DNA of 63,998 nt, counting the filler, from Octopus bimaculoides (taxonomy: Eukaryota): NCBI RefSeq assembly GCF_001194135.2. It is 6 parts of 5 records of this genome, joined end to end, with 100 filler letters (N's around TTAATTAATTAA, not from the genome) between each part and the next. Parts side by side here need not be neighbours in the genome. Positions count along the whole stretch, not along the records: positions 24,547 to 40,981 come from NC_069000.1; positions 41,082 to 53,649 come from NC_068985.1; 4 more parts are not named here. One strand, 5' to 3'. Positions 38,736 through 52,304 of this stretch are shown here, piece by piece. Below the pieces are notes generated by a model. The model was given only the letters and a program-made list of their open reading frames with translations. It was not told the origin of the DNA and did not search any database. The first letter of the stretch is position 1, and every line of letters begins with the position of its first letter. The position numbers were made by a program, and so were the translations under genes.

Positions 38736-39260
38736 CTGTGAAGGAAAAGGAACAGAGATTAGATTTTAGAGCTTTGTCTAGACCGGTGCTCCGCGAGACA
38801 AAGCTAGTTGTGTCACAGTGTAACCCGAATATAATTTCTACCTTATACTGTCCTCATCACTGACACACTCATCACCTTCTCCTCTGATGCTACTGTTTCC
38901 TTCCCCTCCCAATTTCCACCACTTTACCCATTCATATACAAACATGGAATAGCCCTACATCCCTTCCTACTCAATTGTCCCCTACAATCTAATTCACTCT
39001 CTCACCAACCCTTAACACTTCTTTACACTTCCCTCCTATAAGCATCATCCTCATCATCATCTAACATCTGTTTTCCATGCTGGCAAGGATCGGACAGTTT
39101 GACAGAAGCTGACCAAGTGAAGGCTGTTCAGGGCCCATGTATGTTTTGGCTTGTTTTCTACAGCAGAATCCCTGCCCTTCCTAACGCCAACCACTTTGCA
39201 GAGTGTACTGGGTGCTTTTACACAGCACCAGTACAGGTGCTTTTTACGAGGCACCAGCAC

Positions 39261-39342
39261 TTACAAACCCGCAAGATTACAAACCCGCAAGATTACAAAC
39301 CCGCAAGATTACAAACCCGCAAGATTACAAACCCGCAAGATT
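39261..39342. repeat. Minisatellite (TTACAAACCCGCAAGA)x5
   Basis: Perfect 16-bp units, no spacers. Confidence 0.97.
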
Positions 39343-39604
39343 AGGGATGCTCAGCTGGAGAGGGTTATGTAACTCCAATAAGAACAGTCTTGGCCCCCTA
39401 AAAACCTTGAAACTTATGCTAGCATGGCAAAGGGTTCACCTACTCAACTGCCACCCCTTTATCATTACTACTTTATGTCCTATAACCATTAATTACTATC
39501 AGATTGCATCAATTTTTCTTTGTGTTTTCTAATTTTTAGATGTAACATCTGATTCAGTTTTATACAACCATTACATTTTAAAATGTAGGAAAAAAATTTA
39601 AAAC

Positions 39605-39674
39605 CTGATATTGGTGTTTCAATTTTCCTCTTCAAAAGACCTGGACACCATGTCTTCCTCCGAATGATTCTTTG
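39605..39674 (-). CDS. CENPE: CENP-E-like (kinesin-7) gene, most 5' visible exon (QRIIRRKTWCPGLLKRKIETPIS)
   Basis: Pyrimidine-rich acceptor ttttcttttcag, phase 0 start, donor CAG|gtttta (phase 1). The RRxTWCxG motif matches the post-motor motif of CENP-E (human RRVTWCLG). The motor domain is not in this scaffold piece, so identity rests on this motif plus the long coiled coil. Confidence 0.6.
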
Positions 39675-41301
39675 CTGAAAAGAAAAAATAAATTTCTAAC
39701 ACCAACCATTTTACAGAGTGTTTACAAGGTGCTTTGTTTACATGACACTGACACCAGTGAGGTGACCAGAATCTTTCAACTGACAGGGTTGTGATATTGA
39801 GAGAGGTGGTTTTTAAAGCCAGGTGATGAGACATTAAAAGAATGCCAGGAGGACTGGAACATGTGTCTTGTTGTGGGAGAGACACATGAAGGTACATAGT
39901 CGTTGGCACGATGTCGAGGGGTCCAGTTGATCCGATCAACGGAACAGCCTGCTCGTGAAATTAACGTGCAAGTGACTGAGCACTCCACAGACACGTGTAC
40001 CCTTAACGTAGTTCTCGGGGATATTCAGCGTGACAAGGCTGACCCTTTGAATTACAGGCATAACAGAAACAGGAAGTAAGAGTGAGAGAAAGTTGTGGTG
40101 AAAGAGCTGGAGCCTCGTGGAGCTTTAGGTGTTTTCGCTCAATAAACACTCACAACACCTGGTCTGGGAATCGAAACCGCGATCCTATGACCGCAAGTCT
40201 GCTGCCCTAACCACTGGGCCATTGTGCCTCCTGTACATAGTTACCCCAGTGGGAAAAGAGATAAGATGGTGATAAAGACGTATCAGGGTATATCCTCAGT
40301 AACAGGAAGGGATCACTTGTATTTCTAATACAAACAGCACCAATGAAACGAAAACGTATGAGGTATGGTTGTGCAGTAAGAAGTTTGCTTCTAAACTACA
40401 TGGTTCCAGGTTCAGTCCCACCATGTGACAACATGGACAAGTGGCTTCTTCTATAGCCCCAGGCCAACCAAAGTTTTGTGAGTGGATTTGGTACATGGAA
40501 ACTGAAAGAGGTTGTCATATATAAATTTGCCCTGTCAGTATATAAATAACTATATATTTATAGTTGAAAGTTTATTGTCTGGAAATCTTCGGTCTTTGTT
40601 TTCTTTCTATTCACATGTATACATGTGTATATATATATTGTATAGCAAACCCAAGCAGTTTTGTTTATTTGTATCATTATCTCCATGTTTGCTCCCCTGG
40701 ATTCCTCTTATGGCCACTCTTTACACTCCATGGACTTATCATCATCATCATCATCATCGTTTAACGTCCGCTTTCCATGCTAGCATGGGTTGGACGATTT
40801 GACTGAGGACTGGTGAAACCGGATGGCAACACCAGGCTCCAGTCTGATTTGGCAGAGTTTCTACAGCTGGATGCCCTTCCTAACGCCAACCACTCAGAGA
40901 GTGTAGTGGGTGCTTTTACGTGTCACCCGCACGAAAACGGCCACGCTCGAAATGGTGTCTTTTATGTGCCACCCGCACAAGNNNNNNNNNNNNNNNNNNN
41001 NNNNNNNNNNNNNNNNNNNNNNNNNTTAATTAATTAANNNNNNNNNNNNNNNNNNNNNNNNNNNNNNNNNNNNNNNNNNNNAACATGGAATAACTTGCGA
41101 TGTACGTTTTTTTGTTAAGAAGACTAAGAGTAAAAGATGTTTTATATGACACATTCTACCAGTGTCCCACGTTTCAAAGTGTTTCGTTAAGAAAATACTG
41201 GTGCCCCCGTTTTGAAATAGATCCTGTTATTGTTCAGTTTTATTTCAAGATATCTTGCTAATAGAGAAAGAGCAGGTTTCTAATCTAGATGCAAGGCTTG
41301 G

Positions 41302-41336
<35 letters not shown>

Positions 41337-41338
41337 TG

Positions 41339-41379
<41 letters not shown>

Positions 41380-42214
41380 CTGTGTGTGTGTGTGCTTTTA
41401 TGTTTATGTTTGTCTTCCAGTAGCACTTAAGAAGCGGTGTTGGTTTGTTTACATCCCCGTAACCTAGCAATTTCACAAAAGAGACTGATAGAAAGCGTCC
41501 TATGCTTTGAAATAAGCTCTGGAGTCGATTCGTGTGACTAAAAGAATACTCTTGAGATAATGCCCCAGCATGGCCGCAGTCATATGCCCGAAACAAATAA
41601 AAAACTAAATATATATAACTATACAAGAGCGAGAGAGAGAGAAAGAGAGAGATAGAGAGAGATGTTTGTGTGTCTGTGGGTGGGTAAATGCGGAGATATT
41701 CTAGCAGGGTGAGCCTGTAGGATAATAGCTGCCATTTTTGTTTAGAAGGACGTTATTTTTTCACACACAAAAAAGCTCGGTATCTTTTCCTACTTCCATC
41801 TTAGTTATTCGTGTAAGTGTGTGTGTGTGTGTATGTGTGTGAGACGGGGGTGTGTAGCCATCTTTTATGTCTGGCATTGATATGGAAGTGTAGGCGGTGG
41901 GTGGTGTAAACTGGGAAGGAGGGTGGATGGTGGAGTCTCGGCTGCTCTGCCAGAAACAGAAAGAATTATTTTGGTTTCTGTGATGCCTTATTAATAATGG
42001 TGCCGGCATGCGTCCAATGTTACTGAACCTAACACTACGCCGCATTGAGCCGAGAAGCAAATGTTTGTGTGACCGGCCGATCTGCTAGAAACAATAGCCA
42101 CATGACTGTTGAATCACAACCTATCATGACAATGTATTTCAGATGCACAAATGACTGGATGGCCACGGATGGAGCAGTAGTGTAGCTAGGAAGGGAAGAG
42201 AGTGTCAGTTTGTA

Positions 42215-42534
42215 CCCAACAACGCTGTTATTATGTGTGGGGCCCGGTTGAGAAAGTCACCAACCGCTCTGCCTATAACACCAAGGCCGATCGGGTGGCT
42301 AAAATTGAGGAGGTCTTCGAAGATCTTCTCAAGGAGACAGAGAGGAAAGCATGCACCACGTTCCAGAGCCGTCTTGAGGCCGTTCTGGAAGCTGAGGGCA
42401 GCTAATTTGAGTTAACTGGTATCTCCCATCCATAATATAGTTGATATTTTTTGATCTTTTAAGAATTATTTTGGATGAGATATTGTGTTTTCTTTTATGC
42501 AAACTGTCAAATTTAATATTCAATAAACACTCTG
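42215..42534 (+). mobile_element. Tc1/mariner-superfamily transposase 3' fragment with right terminus
   Basis: YVWGPVEK...ACTTFQSRLEAVLEAEG, followed by a terminus ...aaacactctg|TA. Confidence 0.75.
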
Positions 42535-44741
42535 TATATTAACGTCACTTCCCTAACCTGTGAACACTTCACCTTTTTCTTTGCTTTTTATGAAGAACTC
42601 TTTCCATTCTATCTTCCAGCATCTCCATCACCTCTGTCAATTTTTTAGATGTCTTCGTTTCTGTTTACCTGATTACAGGTCCGAACTATAACCTAGTTTT
42701 CAGAGAGATAACCATGTACAATAACATTCTTTGGAACTCTGAAGTGTATTTACACTTCTGAATCATCGCCTAAAAGACAGAACGTATTTAAGAAACAACT
42801 AACAAGTCCGTCTGTAAAATCTGCTCGTGAAACATGGTGCAATTTAGAACAAAAAGTGTCTTGTCTATAGAATGCCAAGTTACTGATGTCTGTGACACGA
42901 GAGGGGAATTGATCGTAACCTAGGTGGTAGCGCCCTTTTGAAAACGTGAGCTCACAAGTGGGTGCTATGAAATGGGGCAGAAGCTAAATGTTTAGTGGGC
43001 GTGGTTTGCCTTTGAAGTAACAAATTTAAACCAGTATGACGAACACATTAAAAAGATATTTGATTTAAAATATGCATAGGACATTGTATTATAAGCGAAC
43101 AAAACCCGAATGATAGTGCGTCGATGGACAATATAATTTTATATCAGTCCTCATCTTCTTTGATAATTTTCATAAAAATATGACATAAAAGATATGGGTC
43201 ACGAGAAGTTGCAACCCACAGCTCGGTAGTGTGAATAAGTGTTTTCAACCATAGCCCCAGGTCAATCAATGCTTTGTGAGTGAAATTGATAGATGGAAAG
43301 TGAAGGAAGCCTGTTGTGTACGTACGTATGTATATATGCAATTTAATAAACACAAGATTTACATATGAGTTACTATCCGAGCATGAAACGTGTTCACAAC
43401 AAACAAGATGAGGACAAATATCCTTCAAATGTCGTTGGCACTCCGTCGCTTACGACGTCGAGGGTTCCAGTTGATCCGATCAATGGAACAGCCTGCTCGT
43501 GAAATTAACATGCAAGTGGCTGAGCACTCCACAGACACGTGTACCCTTAACGTAGTTCTCGGGGATATTCAGCGTGACACAGTGTGACAAGGCTGACCCT
43601 TTGAATTACAGGCACAACAGAAACAGGAAGTAAGAGTGAGAGAAAGTTGTGGTGGAAGAGTACAGCAGGGTTCGCCACCATCTCCTGCCAGAGCCACGTG
43701 GAGCTTTAGGTGTTTTCGCTCAGTAAACACTCACAACACCCGGTCTGGGAATCGAAACCGCGATCCTATGACTACGAGTCCGCTGCCCTAACCACTGGAC
43801 CGTTGTGCCTCCACCCGTCAAATGTAAATAATGTACATAATTCCTCAGCTCTTAACTATAGAACTGTATTATCAAATAGATTGCTTTCTGGCTCTGCGCA
43901 TTCAATTGGTGACAATCCAGTTTTTCACTGTGCTCAGAAAACTCAGGTCAATATTTTCCAACTTTGCCTCTTTCATTCATTTGTGGTAGATAAATAACTG
44001 CAAATTGAGTACAGGAACCATTTTTTAACTTCCACTTTCTCTCTCCGTCTGTCTGTCTATTCTCTCTCTCTATTTCTTTCCTTCTCCCCTGTTCCTATCA
44101 CTCATCAAGGTTGGCTGCAGTGCAAGCGAAATAGCGTCAACAGGGGAGTCGTACCTTTGTTTAAGAACGTGTGTCATACGGCTCTACCCAGTACACTGCT
44201 GTACTCTAACATTCTCCTTATTTTCTGATCCTACTTTACGAAACATTAATAGCTTTCTAATGACGAACAATAATTATGTAGCGATGAGGAAACAGCCAGG
44301 GGCTGGGGAGATAGTATGGACGTGGATGGTGAATATTGGCTAGGGGTGGAGGGGAAACTGGGTAGTGGGGAGATTAGGCAGTGTGAAAAAAAGATTGAAG
44401 GTTGAGGTTTGAAACAGAGGGTATTTTGAAGGTTGGGAATATTGCTGTTCTTTACCGTCAGTTCAATCATGATCAGGCAGAGAGCTATGATCACCCCCCC
44501 CCCCCACATGACCATCTCGTCTTGTCAAGTGTCCATATTGTTCACAGGTGCAGATATGGCTATGTGTTAAGAAGCTTGCTTCCCAACCACATAAACACAC
44601 CGGGGTAACTTAGCGGTTCGGCAAAAGAGACGATAGAATAAGTTCTAGGCTTACAAAGAATAAGTCCTGGGGTCAATTTGCTCGACTAAGAGGTGGTGCT
44701 CCAGCATAGCCTCAGTTAAAATGACTGAAACAAATGAAAGA

Positions 44742-44773
<32 letters not shown>

Positions 44774-45940
44774 CTGTCTCTCACATATATGTGTGTGTGT
44801 CTGTCTTAAGAACCGGTGCTGGTTTTTTTACATACTCAGAACTTAGCGGTCTAGAGATAGAGACCAATAGAATCAGATGTATCAGACCTTTAAAAATGTT
44901 CTGGGGCCGATTTGTTCGACGAAACCCTTCGCGGTGATGCACCATCATGGCTGAAGCCCTGTGACTAAAACAAATAAAAGGTGAAAAAAAAACAAAAAAA
45001 ACTNNNNNNNNNNNNNNNNNNNNNNNNNNNNNNNNNNNNNNNNNNNNNNNNNNNNNNNNNNNNNNNNNNNNNNNNNNNNNNNNNNNNNNNNNNNNNNNNN
45101 NNNNNNNNNNNNNNNNNNNNNNNNNNNNNNNNNNNNNNNNNNNNNNNNNNNNNNNNNNNNNNNNNNNNNNNNNNNNNNNNNNNNNNNNNNNNNNNNNNNN
45201 NNNNNNNNNNNNNNNNNNNNNNNNNNNNNNNNNNNNNNNNNNNNNNNNNNNNNNNNNNNNNNNNNNNNNNNNNNNNNNNNNNNNNNNNNNNNNNNNNNNN
45301 NNNNNNNNNNNNNNNNNNNNNNNNNNNNNNNNNNNNNNNNNNNNNNNNNNNNNNNNNNNNNNNNNNNNNNNNNNNNNNNNNNNNNNNNNNNNNNNNNNNN
45401 NNNNNNNNNNNNNNNNNNNNNNNNNNNNNNNNNNNNNNNNNNNNNNNNNNNNNNNNNNNNNNNNNNNNNNNNNNNNNNNNNNNNNNNNNNNNNNNNNNNN
45501 NNNNNNNNNNNNNNNNNNNNNNNNNNNNNNNNNNNNNNNNNNNNNNNNNNNNNNNNNNNNNNNNNNNNNNNNNNNNNNNNNNNNNNNNNNNNNNNNNNNN
45601 NNNNNNNNNNNNNNNNNNNNNNNNNNNNNNNNNNNNNNNNNNNNNNNNNNNNNNNNNNNNNNNNNNNNNNNNNNNNNNNNNNNNNNNNNNNNNNNNNNNN
45701 NNNNNNNNNNNNNNNNNNNNNNNNNNNNNNNNNNNNNNNNNNNNNNNNNNNNNNNNNNNNNNNNNNNNNNNNNNNNNNNNNNNNNNNNNNNNNNNNNNNN
45801 NNNNNNNNNNNNNNNNNNNNNNNNNNNNNNNNNNNNNNNNNNNNNNNNNNNNNNNNNNNNNNNNNNNNNNNNNNNNNNNNNNNNNNNNNNNNNNNNNNNN
45901 NNNNNNNNNNNNNNNNNNNNNNNNNNNNNNNNNNNNNNNN

Positions 45941-46345
45941 GTGGTGGTGGTGGTGGTGATGTTGTAGTGGTGGTAGTGGTGGTGACGTTAGCGGCGGCGG
46001 TGGTAGTGGTAGTGACGTGATGGTGATGGTTTTGGTTGCACAAGTGGTGGTGGTGGTGATGATGTTGTAGATGTAATAGTGGTGGTGATGGTGGTGGCGG
46101 TGGTGGTGGCGATGTTGTAGTGGTGATGGTGGTAGTGGTGGTGGTGGTGACGGTAGCGGCACGGCGGCCGAGGTAGTGACGTGGATGTGATGGTAATGGT
46201 TGTGGTTGCAGCAGTGGTAGTGGTGTTGTAGTGGTGGTGGTGGAGGTGGCAGTTGTTGTAGCAGTGATGATTGTTGTGATGGTAGCGGTTGTAATGGAGG
46301 TAGTAGCTGTAGTGGTGGTGGTGGCAGTGTTGGTGGTTGTAGCTG
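45941..46345. repeat. Compound GTG/GTA/GAT trinucleotide low-complexity tract
   Basis: Read directly; abuts a gap. Confidence 0.9.
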
Positions 46346-46553
46346 TGAAGGTCTTCTCACGTTGACTCAACATAGTCATTCAGCCTGCAAGAAAGAGCAG
46401 CCAAATAGCCTTCGAAACACACCTTACGATCTTAAAACTTAAACGGCGCGATGAATGGATAATGCAGTCATACCAAAAATAGATGAGATGGTCACGGTCG
46501 GAAGTCTTTTTTTACAGGTCTGTTCGATTAGACCATATCTGGGCTTAAACAAT

Positions 46554-46587
<34 letters not shown>

Positions 46588-47712
46588 GTAATCCTCTCAG
46601 TGAAACCCCAGCAATGAGCAAACAACAGAAATAGTCTTTCTGTGGGGTGGAGGGTGGAACTGTGTTGTTATTGAACAAATCAAGTTAGACAGAGATTTTG
46701 AAGGGTACCACAGGGTGGGGGTATAAGGGGTACACGTCACCTGTTTATACTCAGTACCCCGGCATTACATCAGCATTCCTCTCTCCACCTGCCGTCTGTC
46801 ATTCACTCTCATGTGCTGTAATTCGGTCTCTGTTTGTCTGCTTGTGTGTGCGTGTGTGTGCGCGCGCACACAAACATACACATGCACATACACACACACA
46901 TACAGGTATATGCATACTTACATTCACATATACACACACACATGTATATGCATACATACATTCACATACACACACACACATGTATACATACATTCAAGCA
47001 CACACAGACACGCACATACACACACATGCATATGCATACTTACATTCACGTATACACACACACACACANNNNNNNNNNNNNNNNNNNNNNNNNNNNNNNN
47101 NNNNNNNNNNNNNNNNNNNNNNNNNNNNNNNNNNNNNNNNNNNNNNNNNNNNNNNNNNNNNNNNNNNNNNNNNNNNNNNNNNNNNNNNNNNNNNNNNNNN
47201 NNNNNNNNNNNNNNNNNNNNNNNNNNNNNNNNNNNNNNNNNNNNNNNNNNNNNNNNNNNNNNNNNNNNNNNNNNNNNNNNNNNNNNNNNNNNNNNNNNNN
47301 NNNNNNNNNNNNNNNNNNNNNNNNNNNNNNNNNNNNNNNNNNNNNNNNNNNNNNNNNNNNNNNNNNNNNNNNNNNNNNNNNNNNNNNNNNNNNNNNNNNN
47401 NNNNNNNNNNNNNNNNNNNNNNNNNNNNNNNNNNNNNNNNNNNNNNNNNNNNNNNNNNNNNNNNNNNNNNNNNNNNNNNNNNNNNNNNNNNNNNNNNNNN
47501 NNNNNNNNNNNNNNNNNNNNNNNNNNNNNNNNNNNNNNNNNNNNNNNNNNNNNNNNNNNNNNNNNNNNNNNNNNNNNNNNNNNNNNNNNNNNNNNNNNNN
47601 NNNNNNNNNTATGTATGTATGTATGTATGTATGTATCTATCTATTTGTTTATCTATCTACATATGTGTGTGTATAGCGAATATGAGGTGTGTAGTTCACT
47701 CGTGATCTAAAT

Positions 47713-47916
47713 CAGGGGTTTTCAAACTGTGGTCCGCTAGGACAAGACAGGGGGTCCGTGGACAGCAAATACTTTTTATGGGCAATTTGATTTTATATAT
47801 GTTTTTTAATCGAAATCTTTTAATTTACAATAAACCTATTTGTTAAATACTGTTAAATAAAAAGGTAAAGCCTGAAATATAAAGGGGTCCGCAAGTCAAA
47901 AAGTTTGAAAACCCTG
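47713..47916. mobile_element. hAT (Charlie-like) MITE
   Basis: TIR CAGGGGTTTTCAAACT / AGTTTGAAAACCCTG; 8-bp TSD atctaaat/atctaaac. Related ends near 22727-22979 and 51080-51092. Confidence 0.85.
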
Positions 47917-48996
47917 ATCTAAACGAACAGGTAAGCTGAGTAAGTGCTTCAGTTGGTTGTCTGTTAGGTTCCAAGTTCACAGCTAAGTTTGGATAGAGGG
48001 ATCTGTATTAGGGTTCCGTTATAACATGTATATATTATATTAGAGGTAAAAGCAAAACCAAGGCAGGACGAGTATCTCAAGTCATTTAGAATAATTTAAT
48101 TAGGGTAAGGTAAATTTGAAGTCTTACAACCGTTTCTGGGATAACATTATAATTTCTAAATCTCTCAAAGAGAGATATTCAGTAACAGTTCTTTAAAGTA
48201 AAGACTATTTGCCAATATTATGTGGCTGTTCTGTGTATTTTCGGACGGGAATTCAGCAACACCACCTAGCCAAGCAGCTACTCTGTGTTGAAAAGGAGCA
48301 GTAACCCAGAAACCGGTCCACAGATGTTGCTTTGTGTTGGATGGGGGTGGGGGGTTGGCTGGACTCCCGGTTTGAAAATATAAGGACAGATATTGTGTCG
48401 TATAGCCAGCTGGAAACGATGTTTTCTCGGGTTAATCAACAGTAACATTCATCCCATCCGAGACTGCCACATTATGTTGGCAAATGGTCTTTACTTTAAA
48501 GAACTGTTACTGAATATCTCCCTTTGAGAAATTTAGAAATAATAGTGTTTCTATTTATTATTAGGTTGATGCTCGAAAAAGTAAAAAGTGTGACAGAGTA
48601 AAAGTTTGATATTTCTGACTTAGTTCTTCGTTGGATACACCGAAAAAAGTCCAATGAAGAGGAGAAACGAAGGATAAAAAAATGAAAACCAGGAAAAAAA
48701 CGCACTTTGGTGCTCACATGTTTGGTCTCTAATTTGATTGAAACTCAAAAAATTTATGTCACTAATGCAAGCCATATGCTGGCATTAGGAGAGCGAACAC
48801 ACATAAAAATATCATTTTCCGGGACAGGAGAGTCCTTATGAAACAGAGAATAAAGATATCAAATCGTTTAAATAAACAACACATTAGACAGGTAGGTAGG
48901 TAGGCAGGTAGGTAGGCAGGTAGGTAGGTAGGTAGGTAGGTAGGTAGGTAGGTAGATAGATAGGCAGGTAGATAAACAGCCAAATTAGTGGCATGG

Positions 48997-49028
<32 letters not shown>

Positions 49029-49074
49029 TATANNNNNNNNNNTTTGATAATGGATGCGTGGCGTTTGATCATAT

Positions 49075-49330
49075 AATAATATAAATAATATATAAATATA
49101 TGCATATATACATACATATATGTACATACCTACATATATATATGTATATATACATGCATATATGGGTACAGGACATAAAAAAACGTCAACAAAATGAGAA
49201 ACGAGAACATAAAAACAAAAACATAGAAAACGAACTTTTTTTCGAACAATGAAAGAAACAAATAGAGAAACGAGACAGGAAACATAAAAAACATTCCCTT
49301 CATCAGTTGTCCCCTGTTTTATCTACTCCG
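49075..49330 (-). repeat. Interspersed repeat family G with a CUGAUGA/GAAA motif (second copy 51860-52140)
   Basis: Two clearly homologous copies in the same scaffold piece; related sequence near 53215-53270. Confidence 0.75.
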
Positions 49331-50258
49331 CGTTTCGAAGGTAGGTCGGTGTGTTTACATCCACGTTAGCTAGCGGTTCGGTAAAAACGATCGATAGAAT
49401 AAGTACCAGACTTAAAAATGAATAAGTACCCAGATCGATTTGTGTGACTAAAATTCTTCAAAGCCATGCCCCAGCATGACTGAAGCAGGTAAAACAAATA
49501 ATCTTTTCTACTCTTGGCACAAGGCCCGAAATTTTGGGGGATGAGGCTAGTCGATTAGATCGACCCCAGTATGTAGTTGGTACTTAATTCATCGACTCCG
49601 AAAGGATGAAAGGAAGAGTCGACCTTGATGGAATTTGAACTCAGAACATAAAGACAGACAAATTACTGATAAGCATTTCATCCGGCGTGCTAATGCTTCT
49701 GCCACCTCGCCGCCTTCAGGTAAAAAGAAATAATAAAAGGTATTTATATATTGCATAGTGATAAAGATCTCAACAGGGTCATCAGGACACAAAACCAGAT
49801 ACTGCAACAGCTGGAGTTTCGAGGAGCCACACATATTAAATATGCTCCCCAAAAGCCTGTGAGTCCGACATGGGGTAGGCGTAAGGAACTTAAAAAACAA
49901 ACCTGGATCTCATTCTTCAAGGGTTCTGGATGAACCCACCTCACGGCGAGAAATACAGTTGAGGGCAACAACATCAAACCTCTGATTCACCAAATGCCAC
50001 ATATCGCAGGAGGTTTCCAAATAGTGAAATTGTAGCAAAGCTAACGGTGGTGTCCCAGCATGGCCACAGCACTCGGGCTGAATCTAGGAAAAAATATATA
50101 AAGTGAAAGAAAAAAACACAATAAATCAATGTAAATGTTTATGTAGATATAACACACATACCTACTTATAAATATCAATCCATCCACCCCTCCATGTATA
50201 TAAATGTGTGTGTATACACACACACACACACACACACACACGCGCGTGCATATATATA

Positions 50259-50407
50259 GCCGCAGGCGTGGCTGTGTGGTAAGAAGCTTGCTTCTCAACC
50301 ACATGGTTCCGGGTTCAGTTCCACTATGTGGCACATTGGGCTAGTGTCTTCTACTATAGCCTCGGGCCGACCAAAGCTTTGTGAGTGGATTTGGTAGAAG
50401 CCCGTCG

Positions 50408-50450
<43 letters not shown>

Positions 50451-50636
50451 TTGTCCACCTACCATCACTTGAAAACAGGTGTTACGTACCCGTTACCTAG
50501 CGGTTCGGCAAAAGAGACCGATAGAATAAGTACTAGGCTTACAAAGAATAAGTCCTGGGGTCGATTTGTTCGACTAAAAGTGGTGCTCCAGCATGGCCGC
50601 AGTCAAATGACTGAAACAAGCAAAAGAGTAAAAGAA
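50259..50636 (+). mobile_element. SINE family A, near full-length copy
   Basis: High similarity to 31281-31685 and 23863-24225. Confidence 0.9.
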
Positions 50637-51841
50637 TACACACACACACACACACACACAAATATATAAACATTTATTGCACTAGATAAACACTCATTAA
50701 TTACTTAGTGTTGTTTCTTAGCTGTATAACCATGTATGTAGAGGAAAATATGTATATATAAATACATATTCTGACGCAGGTGTAGAAAAACACTGCAGTG
50801 TACACATGAATCTTATTATACACACAGATGTAGAAAGAAATACACGAATACACTCGTGTAGGTCATGTCTAGTTGTGTGTGTGGATGTGTGTTTGTGTGT
50901 GCGTGCGTGCGCGTGTATGCACCCCTAAAAGTATCTTTCCAGCGGCCCCTGGTGGTTTCCCTTCTATAAATATAATAAAGTTTTCCTCAAGTGAATTGTG
51001 TTTTACTTTTTTTTTGTACGCCCCCCACCCCTCTCCTAAAACAATCCAGGTTTGGCATCGGACCCAAATATTAAAAAGGTTGAGAACCACTGCGTTAGAA
51101 TGCTGAACACAATGCTTCGCAGTATTTCTTCCGAGTCCCTGCGGTCTCTGAAATTCCGATGAAGCCAACGGAGTCACCTTTCATCATTTCAAGATCCGAC
51201 TGAAATGTCACGCGCAATCTAAAGCCGAACTGAAATAATCTGAGATCGAATACCTTGCAGTATTTGTTGCAGATCTTTGAATTCTGAGATCAAATCACAC
51301 CCTGGTCATCATGGATGTTAGACTTAACCCGTTACCGTGTTTGATTCCACAGATAAACAATCTTAACTGAATATAACGGCTCCTTGTGTGTTGCAAGTAC
51401 TTGAGACAAGGTCTCCGGTTTCAGGATACCTCCCTCCCCGCTTGCCAACATCTTGAAGTATTGCAAAGATCCAGGGTCTCTGTCCTCCCTCATGATTAAA
51501 CGATATTTAAAACAAAATCAACAATGGCGCAGGCGTGGCTAATTGGTAAGAAGTTTGCTTCAGTCACTAGCATAGCTGGAGTGGCGCGGAGGGGGCGGTC
51601 TACCCCGGACGGCACTTTTATGGGGGCAGCACCACTTTTGGGTCTGCTGTAGGCAATATGTATTTTTGAGGGGGCCCGAAGGCGGCAAACTGAAGTACTA
51701 CCCTGGGGCGGCACACACTAGCTACGCTAGTGGTTTCAGTCTCATTGTGTGATACCTTGAGCAATTGCCTGTCTTTACTAAGCTTCAGGCTGACCAAAGC
51801 CACGTGAGTAGATCTGGTAGATGGAAACTGAAAGAAGCCCG

Positions 51842-51890
<49 letters not shown>

Positions 51891-52304
51891 GAATAATATA
51901 TAAATATATGCATATATCCATACATATATGTACATACCTACATCTATATGTATAATACATGCATATATGAGTACAGGACATCAAAAAAACGTTAAACACA
52001 ATGAGAAACGAAAACATAAAAACGAAAACAGAAAACGAAGTTTTTTCGAACAACGAAAAAAAAAGAACAGAGAACCGAGACATGCAACATAAAGAGTATA
52101 ACCCTTCGTCAGATGTCCCTGTTCCATCTACTCCGCATTATATATATATATGTATAAATTTCATAAAAGAAATGTGTGTAATTATGAATAACTCACAATT
52201 ATAGCAGTCAAAACCACCATAAAGCTACTTCATATTCTATCTCTTCACAATAAAGTTGTCGGCAGGCGACATGACATAAAATTCAAAACTTATAAATAAA
52301 AGGT

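Noticed and set aside
44781-47710. Long Thr/Pro/His-rich and other ORFs of 280-530 aa
   Set aside because: Made of N runs and trinucleotide or dinucleotide microsatellites.
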